From positions 10,271 to 62,896 of the forward strand of contig JARYLJ010000006.1 in the NCBI GenBank assembly GCA_029907705.1: a DNA stretch of 52,626 bases, read 5' to 3'. Under the pieces are notes generated by a model. It had not been told where the DNA came from. It saw only the letters and a list, made by a program, of their open reading frames with translations, and did no database searches. The stretch's first letter is position 1; each line of letters starts with the position of its first letter. This document shows positions 19,588 through 28,329 of this stretch, in pieces. Made by a program: the position numbers and the translations under genes. This stretch comes from Methanomicrobiales archaeon (GTDB taxonomy: Archaea; Halobacteriota; Methanomicrobia; Methanomicrobiales; JACTUA01).

Positions 19588-21355
19588 GCCCCAGGCCTCC
19601 GATGATCGCGCGGTAAAGCAGGAGTAACGATTCTGCTTCCACACTGGAGATGTTGCTCCCCGCATACCTGACGGATTCGTGGATGCCGAGGAAGAGACGG
19701 AGATCCTGCGTGTACGCCCGGTCACTCGCGAGGTAAAGGAGCTCCCTCGGCGTGAATGCCTCCACGTGAGGGATATTCTCGGACGCGGCCACTCTCCCGG
19801 CCAGCTCTCTGTAGAGCAGATGGACCGCCTCGTTCACACGTCCCTCGGCGAGAAGGCTCCGGTATCTATCCTCCGCCTCCTGTATCGCCCCTTCCGTCTC
19901 TGACGCCTCCGCCTTCTGATCTTTTACCCTTGGAACCTCCTCCGTGGGGTGGGTGGCTGCATCGAGCTCTTCCACAGGATTGGATGATGGTCCCGCATCA
20001 TTCAGGGATGGGCCCTTACTCCCTCTGAAATAAAAGAAGGCGGCGATGAGAAAGAGGCCGGGCACGGCGAAATATACGGCGATCGCAGGAATGCCGGTCT
20101 CGCGTCCTTCGGGTACCGGGTGTATCACGAGCAGGATCGCCCCACTCTCCACAGGGAAGATGGGAAACGCGCTCTCGTCGAAGACCGCCTTCAGCCGGTG
20201 CATCCCTTCGGAGAGTGGCAGTTCGGTCTCGAAGGCACCGTTTTTATCCGTCGCAATCTGACGGATCTCCGTTCCATAGTCCAGAATACGAATCATCGCT
20301 CCCGCGACTGGCCGATCCCTCGCGGATAATGTCCCATGGCAGGAGGCGATGCCATGTCTGATCTCCACGGCGCTGAAGTTTATCCTCGCAGTCACCCCTT
20401 CGACACGGAAGAGGAGGGTGGGCGAATATACGCGGTCGAACTCCATGTGTGCGATATGGGTGCCGATTCTAATCCTCTCCACAGGGAGGAGGAACGAAAC
20501 GGACCCACCGGGATTCGGAGTCGTACGGATGCGCTCTGTGCTGTCCACGAAGAGTATGGCAGCACCATCCGCATTACAGCCATCGCTCAGTCGACCGGTG
20601 AAAGAGAGACTCTCCATATACACTGCCTTCTCCGGATTGACAGCCAGCATGAGCGTACATCTGGGGGTGGGGTCTGGCGGGGGCAGCGTCACGGTCCTCC
20701 TCTCCTGCACCTGGCTGAAATGCTCCACGATCTCTGCGAAGTCGGAGACGCTCTGCTCGTATTTCTCGGTTCCGAGGGCGAAGGTATCCGAGGCGTTGAT
20801 GATATCCCCCCGCCTCTGGAGGTAATCGCCGTACAGCCGCTTCAGCTCGTACCGGATCGCCTCCCCCTCGTAGGTGAGCGAATAGACGGCGGAAGAGGTG
20901 GCCCCCTGCTCGCGGTAGGTGATCTCCAGACGTTCAAGTTCCGAAAACCTCTCGCTTCCTTCCAGCAGTCCGCTTAAATCAGCCAGATTCTCCCGGCTGA
21001 GACGGCGGAACTCCTCCACGCTCGACTCCGAGAGATCCAGCGATACGACGAGGCGGCCCATCTCCTCCACCTGCTCCTGGTATTTTTTGAGCTCGCGTGC
21101 CGCGCTCTCGAAGTCCCTCACTTTGATCGAGAGGGTCACCGAGGCGGTTCGATCCAGGAGATCCTGTATCATCAGAAGCGTCCGCTCCGATCCCTCCCTG
21201 CCCTGCCCTTTCATCGCCCATGTATTCTCGTGGAGGGGGGTGGATACCCCGTCCTCCGGGGCATACAGCCGCGCCGAAGGAGCGGAGGCGAATAGAGCGA
21301 TGACGACCGCGACACCGAGGGCGAGCGTCAGCAGGTGTGATGGAGGGCGTCTCAT
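19574..21355 (-). CDS. Large membrane-associated protein with a C-terminal DUF4129-like domain, in the MoxR operon
   Basis: An N-terminal signal/transmembrane segment MRRPPSHLLTLALGVAVVIALFA, a second transmembrane helix near the C-terminus, and a terminal block containing FTPRELLYL, typical of DUF4129. Start at the ATG that overlaps the upstream stop in an ATGA arrangement. Confidence 0.6.
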   Translation of the reverse strand: MRRPPSHLLTLALGVAVVIALFASAPSARLYAPEDGVSTPLHENTWAMKGQGREGSERTLLMIQDLLDRTASVTLSIKVRDFESAARELKKYQEQVEEMGRLVVSLDLSESSVEEFRRLSRENLADLSGLLEGSERFSELERLEITYREQGATSSAVYSLTYEGEAIRYELKRLYGDYLQRRGDIINASDTFALGTEKYEQSVSDFAEIVEHFSQVQERRTVTLPPPDPTPRCTLMLAVNPEKAVYMESLSFTGRLSDGCNADGAAILFVDSTERIRTTPNPGGSVSFLLPVERIRIGTHIAHMEFDRVYSPTLLFRVEGVTARINFSAVEIRHGIASCHGTLSARDRPVAGAMIRILDYGTEIRQIATDKNGAFETELPLSEGMHRLKAVFDESAFPIFPVESGAILLVIHPVPEGRETGIPAIAVYFAVPGLFLIAAFFYFRGSKGPSLNDAGPSSNPVEELDAATHPTEEVPRVKDQKAEASETEGAIQEAEDRYRSLLAEGRVNEAVHLLYRELAGRVAASENIPHVEAFTPRELLYLASDRAYTQDLRLFLGIHESVRYAGSNISSVEAESLLLLYRAIIGGLGHGSE

Positions 21356-21618
21356 GAGGCGATGATCTCCACGACCCTGGAGGCCACGATGATCCCGAAT
21401 ATCACGACGCCGCCGCCGATAATGTACTTCATGTATCCCTTCTCTCGCGTGACGAGATACCTCGCATCCGTCAGCTCGGCGATGACGAGGATCCCGATGA
21501 GAAAGAGGACGAAGAAGATCTCGAGATCGAGAGTTCTGGAGAGGATCATGAAGAAGATTACCAGACAGAGCCAGATCACGAGGGCAGCCGCGGCGATCGC
21601 TCTTCCGGCAGCGGACAT
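21352..21618 (-). CDS. Small 2-transmembrane-helix membrane protein, first gene of the MoxR-associated operon
   Basis: 88 aa, all hydrophobic. Its stop overlaps the next start in an ATGA arrangement. Confidence 0.5.
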   Translation of the reverse strand: MSAAGRAIAAAALVIWLCLVIFFMILSRTLDLEIFFVLFLIGILVIAELTDARYLVTREKGYMKYIIGGGVVIFGIIVASRVVEIIAS

Positions 21619-21763
21619 TGATATTCACTTCTCAATGGCAGGGCATAAGTATATCGACAGGCATCACTGAATCATGTTTTTTAGTTCAAATTCATGAAAA
21701 ATTGATTGCGATGAGTCGAAAGCTTTATGCCTTTCCTGCAGATACTGCAGAACCAGGTGTTGG

Positions 21764-22276
21764 ATGATGATGTTGTCCAGGCTTCTGATCTTCGTCTCCC
21801 TGTGTATGTGCCTCTTCGCGACCCAGGCATCGGCATTCACCGCGGATTCTCTGGTCATACGGGTGGATGAGGCAGGGGATGCAGGGGTGGAGTTCCACTA
21901 TACCCTCGACTGGTTCGAGCATCTGATTGTCTTTCTCCATATTGTTGACCCTGCAGAGCAGTTCAGGGCAGCGCTGCAGGAATACAGCGGGCATGAGGTG
22001 ACGGTGGCGCAGGTGGACGAGAGGGGTGCATCGTTCACTGTGAAGGGATTTGCGAGGGTGGACGGCATCGATGGTGCGGTTCAATATCGAACTCCCGGTC
22101 TGGAGTTCTCCGCTGCCAGGGAAGTGCTTGCACAGTACTGGTTTGCACCCTTCATCAGGGTGGATCTCACCCCTGCCATCGCGAAAGTGACATTCCCCGA
22201 TGGCGCGGAGTATGCCTTTGCCGATGCGGAGAAGATCCCGCCCCTCGAGCATACCATTTACCCGCAGGTGCCATAA
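21764..22276 (+). CDS. Secreted hypothetical protein (signal peptide plus a ~145-aa domain)
   Basis: Signal peptide LLIFVSLCMCLFATQASA. I recognise no other motif. Confidence 0.5.
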   Translation: MMMLSRLLIFVSLCMCLFATQASAFTADSLVIRVDEAGDAGVEFHYTLDWFEHLIVFLHIVDPAEQFRAALQEYSGHEVTVAQVDERGASFTVKGFARVDGIDGAVQYRTPGLEFSAAREVLAQYWFAPFIRVDLTPAIAKVTFPDGAEYAFADAEKIPPLEHTIYPQVP

Positions 22277-22329
22277 CGGATGCCCGATTTCATCCTGTGG
22301 ATAAGGGTTGCAGGAGTTCTTTGACGCAA

Positions 22330-22400
22330 AGATCGCCCGCCATTTTTCGCCTGATCGCAAAAAAAAACAAAGAACAGGCATTCAAAAAAACAAGTCCCTG
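22330..22400. terminator. Bidirectional T-tract or A-tract terminator region between convergent genes
   Basis: The plus strand has ccatttttcgcc followed by a9caaagaacaggcattcaaaaaaac. The minus strand shows T9 and T7 runs directly downstream of the SAMP-like gene. Archaeal terminators are oligo-T tracts. Confidence 0.45.
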
Positions 22401-22495
22401 TGAATCGAGATCACCCTCCCGATCGGATATTGCATCACCGTGATATCGCATCCGGGGGTTCGGTATCTCCAGAAGAAATGGATCGTGGCCCGGTA

Positions 22496-22774
22496 TCAGC
22501 CGCCTCCTGCGGGAGGGAATATCCCGATTGCATCGCCCTCTTCAAGCACGGTCTCAGGGCCCTCCAGGAAGTCGATATTTCTCCCGTTTTTCAGGATGAT
22601 CACGTACTCCTTCAGGACACCTGCCTCACCGGTCAGTTCGGATCTAAGTGCGGGCGCCATGCCGAAGAGACGGTTCAGTACCTCGCGGACCGTCGCGCCC
22701 CCCTCCAGTTCCATCTCCAGCTCCTTCGGAAGGTACTCCCTGAGTATGGCGAAGAGCCTCACCTTCACACGCAT
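22496..22774 (-). CDS. MoaD/ThiS-fold small protein ending in Gly-Gly-Gly (SAMP-like ubiquitin-like modifier or sulfur carrier)
   Basis: 92 aa with a beta-grasp signature. The C-terminus is ...GIFPPAGGG followed by the stop. Start at the internal ATG (MRVKVRLFAIL). Confidence 0.7.
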   Translation of the reverse strand: MRVKVRLFAILREYLPKELEMELEGGATVREVLNRLFGMAPALRSELTGEAGVLKEYVIILKNGRNIDFLEGPETVLEEGDAIGIFPPAGGG

Positions 22775-23441
22775 TCGCTCACCCCCTCCCTCTCTGCACA
22801 AATTGCAGCGGAGATCGCCTCCCACGCCTCCCATCTATGCCTCGCTTTCGAGGCCGATTCGTATAAGGGTCCTTCCGGTCGGAGGCAATCTCCTTTCCGG
22901 TCACGATCTTCCTCGCCCCGTTTCATCTGGTGCACCCGATGGCACCGGCGGTCGCAGAGGGGACGGATACCCCATCTCCGTGATGTGTTCCAGGCGTGAT
23001 GCATCAGGTGCATGGGAATTCCCCAGTAATATTGGTGGATAACGGAGTTTAAAGCCGTTCTCTGCCTCCTAGATGCGGGGGGGGATGCAGTATATAGACG
23101 CTGCATCGCTTCTGGAGGACCGGGTTCTCCGCCTCCCCGACTTTACGCCGAACGTGCAGGCGCTGATCCCATATCTCCATTGCGCTTCGGGGTTGATCTC
23201 AATCGTCCGTTACGAATGCCGACTCCACGTGCTCGAAATCCTCCTCATGAAGAGTGCCTGACGGTTGAAGTTATGGCGCTCCCCCGCGCTGCCATCAGGC
23301 GATCCGTATCTTCCTCCGGTACTGCTCGGCAACGACAGTATCGGGGGTACGGAGGTGGTGGAACCTGATGCTTCTGCGATCCGGATTCCGATGAATTCAA
23401 AGGAGGATATCGTGAACCACCGCCGCCAGCTACGAGCGCAC

Positions 23442-24196
23442 TCACATCCTCCTCGGCATCGTGCGCCTGTGCATCTTCATCGCGAGGATGGTGAAGAGGA
23501 CGGTGAACAGGAGGAGCGCACCCAGATCCACGACGATGGAGAAGTGATGGGTGCCCATGAGCGAATATCTCACGATATCTGTGAAGTACGTGAGTGGCGA
23601 GAATATGGCGAGCGCCTTGCCCCAGAGGGGCATATCTTCGATCGGGATGAAGATACCGCTGATGAAGACGAGCGGGAACTTCAGCAGCGAGGAGAGCATC
23701 ATGATGTTCGAAGGGATGTTGGTGGGGGGTACCGCAAGGAGCAACCCGAGTGCCGAGAATGCGACGGCGGCGAGGAGGAGTGCAGTGATGAGGACGGTCG
23801 CATGCTGAACCATGAGACCGACGCGAGGGCGAGGAGCAGGGTGATGAAGGAGATCCCGATGCCGAAGAGCGTGGAGGCGATCATGTCCCCGAAGATGATC
23901 GCCTCGAGGGTGACGGGGGATACCATGAGCCTCTCAAGGGTCCTCGAAGATCCCTCCCAGGGTATGATGGCGGGCGAGACCGCCGTGGATGTGAAGAAGA
24001 GGGTCATACCAGTCAGCCCTGAGAGGAGGAACGGGAGAGAAAGGCCCCGCCCGCCCAGGAAGAAGGCAAGGAAGAGAAAGACCGGCATGAAGATACCGAA
24101 TATGAGTACAGGTCCCTTCGTGTAGTATATCCTGATATCCTTCTTTGCAATCGCCCATACCCTTCTCAACTGGATGTCCAACGATGCCGGGTTCAT
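23442..24196 (-). pseudogene. ABC-2 type exporter permease split by a frameshift near 23805-23815 into two overlapping ORFs
   Basis: Track ORF 23699..24343 reads as a permease up to ...LALASVS and then becomes low-complexity. ORF 23442..23813 continues the permease in another frame (VLITALLLAAVAFSALGLL...). Together they make about 250 aa with 6 transmembrane helices. The start overlaps the ATPase stop in an ATGA arrangement. Confidence 0.55.
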
Positions 24197-25128
24197 CCCA
24201 TCTCCCCCTCCGTGAGCCGCAGGAAGACATCGTCCAGGGAGGGGGCGAGCGTGTTCAGCGTGACGATCGAATGCCCCCTCCCTCCGCCCTCCATCACCAG
24301 TGAACGTATCGCCATGTCCTGATCCTCTGCTGTGATCCGCCATTTGTCGCCCATGCGGGTGGCAGAGCTGATACCCTCCAGCCCTTTCATGAACTCCTCG
24401 TCGACCGGTGGACTGAAGCTCACCTCGATCGTGTGGACACGCTCCACGGTGCTCTTCAGCCTCTCCGGGGCATCGATCGCGACGAGTCTTCCGCTCCGAA
24501 CGATGCCCACACGGCGGCAGAGGCGGTTCGCCTCCTCCATGTTGTGCGTGGTGAGGAATATCGTCGTGCCTGCTTCGTTCAGCTCCCTGAGCATATGTTG
24601 TATCATCTGCACGCTCTGCACATCGAGACCGCTGGTGGGTTCGTCGAGGAAGAGGACCGGGGGTTCGTGCAGAAGAGCCATCGCAAGGAGCAGGCGCTGC
24701 TTCATCCCTTTCGAATATGCCTGCACCTTCTCTTCCCTCTTATCGTAGAGCCCGAACGCATGGAGGAGATCCCCTGATCTCTTTTCTGCACGGGAACGAT
24801 CGAGGCCGTAGAGTTCTCCCATGAGCTGCAGATTCTCCCATGCAGTGAGGTCGACATATGCATTGGAGGTCTCGGGGACCACACCGATCTGCTGCTTCAC
24901 CTGGACGGGATCATGGTCGATCCTGTGGCCCAGCACGGAAGCATGGCCGCTGTCCATCGGGATCACACCCGTGAGTATCCTCACAGTGGTGGTTTTGCCT
25001 GCCCCGTTCGGGCCAAGGAAACCGAAGAACTCGCCCCTCTCCACCTCGAAGGAGATATGGTCAACGGCAATGGTGTTCCCGAATGCCTTCGTCAGGCCCT
25101 CAACCCTGATCACCGGCGCTATATGCAC
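24193..25128 (-). CDS. ABC transporter ATP-binding protein (ABC-2 exporter family)
   Basis: Walker A GPNGAGKTT, signature YSKGMKQRL and Walker B VLFLDEPTSGLD. Confidence 0.9.
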   Translation of the reverse strand: MHIAPVIRVEGLTKAFGNTIAVDHISFEVERGEFFGFLGPNGAGKTTTVRILTGVIPMDSGHASVLGHRIDHDPVQVKQQIGVVPETSNAYVDLTAWENLQLMGELYGLDRSRAEKRSGDLLHAFGLYDKREEKVQAYSKGMKQRLLLAMALLHEPPVLFLDEPTSGLDVQSVQMIQHMLRELNEAGTTIFLTTHNMEEANRLCRRVGIVRSGRLVAIDAPERLKSTVERVHTIEVSFSPPVDEEFMKGLEGISSATRMGDKWRITAEDQDMAIRSLVMEGGGRGHSIVTLNTLAPSLDDVFLRLTEGEMG

Positions 25129-25134
25129 CTCTGC

Positions 25135-25431
25135 TCAGAGCCCCCTGATGCCAAGCAGGATCATCTGCGTCCTCGCGATGATCCCCCGATCCTCGCCCCT
25201 CCCTACGGAAACGAGGTCCATCGGCCTCTCCTGATGCACAGAGCTGCCGGCCGTGATGGCACCTTCGCCGGCGAGCACGACAAATGCCACTGTGTACGGT
25301 TCGGGATGAGGGGGTATCGCCTGCCCCTCCTTCAGACATACAACCGCAATGTCTGTCCTTCCCACTCTCAGCAGATCCTTCTTCGACGGCGTATTCTCTG
25401 AAAATTCCGCCGATTCCAGGAGGTTCATCAT
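25135..25431 (-). CDS. Cupin-fold small protein
   Basis: 98 aa with a cupin 2 barrel pattern (PPHPEPYTVAFVVLAGEG). Confidence 0.55.
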   Translation of the reverse strand: MMNLLESAEFSENTPSKKDLLRVGRTDIAVVCLKEGQAIPPHPEPYTVAFVVLAGEGAITAGSSVHQERPMDLVSVGRGEDRGIIARTQMILLGIRGL

Positions 25432-25610
25432 TCTGCGATGCGCTCCTTCAGCCTCTGTATCTGCCGGTCCATCTCCAATCGGAGGCTCCAGAGCGCTCTC
25501 ATCGCCTCGAGTCTTCTCAGCTCCATCCTCCGTATCTCTTCCTCTTCGCCAGGTGAGAAGGAGGTGCAGAGATACCCTCCCCGTGATTCATAGCAACCGT
25601 GGCCGCACAT
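25428..25610 (-). CDS. Small coiled-coil hypothetical protein upstream of the cupin gene
   Basis: 60-aa ORF overlapping the cupin start by 4 nt. The call rests only on its position in the operon. Confidence 0.3.
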   Translation of the reverse strand: MCGHGCYESRGGYLCTSFSPGEEEEIRRMELRRLEAMRALWSLRLEMDRQIQRLKERIAE

Positions 25611-25670
25611 GATCGAATAGTATCTTTTAGATAGTATTAAAATTATAAAATTTATAGTAAGTGACTGACT
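25611..25670. promoter_or_regulatory. AT-rich divergent promoter region with TATA-like boxes on both strands
   Basis: tagtattaaaattataaaatttatagtaag is 60 bp of about 25% GC in a 60% GC genome, between divergent genes. The aattataaaa box ends about 25 nt before the GTG at 25671, which would give a leaderless transcript. Confidence 0.5.
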
Positions 25671-26114
25671 GTGTGCCAGGATAGCAACAAACTCTGTTAT
25701 TGTGCGGCGGGTGGGATACTCTCCGTCATCTCGAAGAAGTGGGCACTCCTCGTGATCAATCAGCTCGGGGAGAAGGGGAGGATGAGATTCTCCGATCTCA
25801 TATCGGCACTCGGCGGTGTGAGCCCGAAGACGCTCTCTGACTTATTGAAGGGGCTCCAGAGCGAGGGGCTCGTGCAGCGGGAATCCTTCTCCGAGATCCC
25901 TCCGCGGGTGGAGTACTTCCTGACAGAGAATGGCAAAGGACTCCGTGAAGTAATGCTCCCACTCCTGAAATGGGCGGTCGAAAAGAGCAGAACAGAGGGG
26001 ATCGTGCCGGGGGGAGAAGGAAAGGGCGTGGTGTGCGTCAGAAGTCCGGAAATGGGGAAGCCCGATCAGCCGAAAGATCACCACTCTGCATGCGTGTCAG
26101 AAATCGCGCGTTGA
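25671..26114 (+). CDS. HxlR-family winged-helix transcriptional regulator
   Basis: The HxlR core ILSVISKKWALLVINQLGEKGRMRFSDLISALGGVSPKTLSDLLKGLQSEGLV. GTG start, with no closer ATG. Confidence 0.8.
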   Translation: MCQDSNKLCYCAAGGILSVISKKWALLVINQLGEKGRMRFSDLISALGGVSPKTLSDLLKGLQSEGLVQRESFSEIPPRVEYFLTENGKGLREVMLPLLKWAVEKSRTEGIVPGGEGKGVVCVRSPEMGKPDQPKDHHSACVSEIAR

Positions 26115-26321
26115 AGCCACCTGGAGGCATGCAAGGAGGAAGGCACTCCGACACTCTCCATTCTAAGGAAGAAGACGACCCTGCGGGGTATCGGGTGACA
26201 GGAGGTCTCTGCGTTTGTATCGTCGAATAGGTTCATCGGGATGCTGAAATGCATATGATTCTAAGGAATTATTCCCTCACTGTGCAGACACGATCATATC
26301 GGGGGGGAGGGACTGCCCCTG

Positions 26322-27266
26322 ATGATGTGGCCGGATCGAGGGGGGATGACCATCGTGGCGGATAGAGTTGAGCTGACGGAGAGGATTCAGCGTCTGAAGG
26401 CGGCGAGGTCGGCCGTCATACTCGCGCACAATTATCAGCCCTCGGAGGTGCAGGATATCGCGGATGATGTAGGAGATTCCCTCGAGCTCTCACGGATTGC
26501 GGCAGAGACCGGGTGCAGGGTGATCGTCTTCTGCGGTGTTGACTTCATGGCCGAGACGGCCGCCATCCTCTCGCCCGAGAAGGTCGTACTCCTTCCTGCG
26601 GTTGATGCCCGATGCTCGATGGCGGGGATGATCACTGCGGAGGATGTGAGGGAGCTGCGCAGGAGGTATCCTCAGGCGGCCGTGGTGTCCTATGTGAACA
26701 CCTCGGCAGAGGTGAAGGCAGAGAGCGATATCTGTTGCACCTCCGCGAATGCGGTGAAAGTGGTCGATTCGCTCCAGAACGACGAGGTGATCTTTCTCCC
26801 CGATCGCAACCTGGGCAGATATGTGGCGAGGTTCTCACGTAAAAGGATCATCCTGGGGAGCGGCTATTGCAGTGTGCACGAGCATTACACGAGGCAGCAT
26901 GTCATGCAGGCGAAGAGAAACCATCCCGAGGCGCTCCTGGTGGTGCATCCGGAGTGCAGACCGGAGGTGATCGATCTTGCGGATCATGTGGCCAGCACCT
27001 CCGGGATTGTACAGTATGTATGTTCGCGGAGGGAGCAGGAGTTCGTCATCGGTACAGAGATCGGACTCCTGCACAGGATCCAGAGGATCTGTCCGGGTAA
27101 GATCTGCCATCCCCTCTCCATGGAGGCGATCTGCGGGGATATGAAGAGGACGGATCTGGAGAAGGTCCGTCTCTCGCTCGAGAGAATGGAACCAAGGGTA
27201 TCGGTTCCTGAGGAGATCGCCATCAGGGCCCGCCGCGCCATCGAGCGGATGCTCGAGGTCAGGTGA
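26322..27266 (+). CDS. nadA: Quinolinate synthase A
   Basis: Motifs VILAHNYQ, VDFMAETAAIL, a conserved Cys triad and CSVHE. The start may be the internal ATG at 26346. Confidence 0.9.
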   Translation: MMWPDRGGMTIVADRVELTERIQRLKAARSAVILAHNYQPSEVQDIADDVGDSLELSRIAAETGCRVIVFCGVDFMAETAAILSPEKVVLLPAVDARCSMAGMITAEDVRELRRRYPQAAVVSYVNTSAEVKAESDICCTSANAVKVVDSLQNDEVIFLPDRNLGRYVARFSRKRIILGSGYCSVHEHYTRQHVMQAKRNHPEALLVVHPECRPEVIDLADHVASTSGIVQYVCSRREQEFVIGTEIGLLHRIQRICPGKICHPLSMEAICGDMKRTDLEKVRLSLERMEPRVSVPEEIAIRARRAIERMLEVR

Positions 27267-27370
27267 GGCATGGCCCGCAGAAGGGGATCGATCGAAGACC
27301 ATAGGTCGCGCTTTGGATCCGATGGAGGGGAGCCGCGCGGGAGGGCACCCACCCTGTGGCGAGATCCGGG

Positions 27371-27392
27371 GAGAATTACCCTTGTTTTTTGT
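27371..27392 (+). terminator. Oligo-T terminator downstream of nadA
   Basis: cccttgttttttgttaatgg lies about 110 nt after the nadA stop. Confidence 0.4.
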
Positions 27393-27999
27393 TAATGGCC
27401 CATTTAATGCATCAGACTGAGATCTTCCGAAAGAGATCGGGGGTGGGTAACTCTTTGAACGCTTCAGTGACTCTGTATCGTTCTGCCCACGCCGCGATGG
27501 CAACCCCGATGATGACGGTGTATCCGTAGCGGGTTACGGAACATGTCATTGGATATCCCGTTGGCCCTCGTTATACAACCTCCCTCTCTATTCATTCCTT
27601 CAGCTGGTCTTCGATCGTTCGCATCCACCCGAGCGCTCGCGATACCTCTATGGAAAGATGCGATCAGTCTTCCTGATGTTGAATAAGAGAAACTGCCAGT
27701 AAATTCCATTTAATAGGTGTCTGTCAGCCGAGTGGAGGTCGGGCGGATCGACCGGTTCTGCACAGGCGCGGATGCGGGTGGAGCGGTAGTCGATGATGTG
27801 GAATGCAGGGGCGAAGGGCGGAACTCCGTTTTTGGGGGATCGCACTCGATGGAATCCTGAACACCGCCGGATCTCCAGTGACAGACCATGAGGCCGCCCA
27901 CGCCCCGGCATCGAAAGGCCGGGGTAGAGTGCAGGGAAGGATGCGCCTCTGGTGAACCCCTTTCTTAATAGTTATGGATGGGCGCCCATCGGGAGGGCA

Positions 28000-28287
28000 T
28001 CACGCATGCACGATCCGGTCTGAATACCGCGACTTCATCCAGATGAGGAGTATCACCAGCACAATCGTCACGATATTTGCCACGATGATCGGGAGCGACT
28101 CCAGAATGAGACCATATATCAGCCATAATCCAAGCCCGACGAGGAAGAGGAAGAGCATCCCGTAGGAGAGATCGTCCGCGGAGCCCCTTTTCCAGGTCCT
28201 GATCACCTGCGGTACGAAGGACGCGGTGGTGAGAAATCCCGCAACCATCCCGAGGATCAGAGGGATATTCATAAGTTCCATCTTCAT
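28000..28287 (-). CDS. SemiSWEET/PQ-loop family small transporter (3 transmembrane helices)
   Basis: 95 aa with three transmembrane helices and a PQ motif (SFVPQVIRTWKRG) in helix 1. Confidence 0.6.
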   Translation of the reverse strand: MKMELMNIPLILGMVAGFLTTASFVPQVIRTWKRGSADDLSYGMLFLFLVGLGLWLIYGLILESLPIIVANIVTIVLVILLIWMKSRYSDRIVHA

Positions 28288-28329
28288 TTCTTGAAATTTG
28301 CGTGAGACACGCGAAAGGTTACTCTGAAC

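Noticed and set aside
21351-21605. An apparent 1-nt disagreement between my manual position counting of the printed sequence and the ORF-track coordinates around 21355-21601
   Set aside because: It is most likely my own counting slip while reading grouped lines. The track coordinates were checked against start and stop codons elsewhere (2831, 3933, 6703, 12978, 30718, 44932, 45552) and were used throughout.
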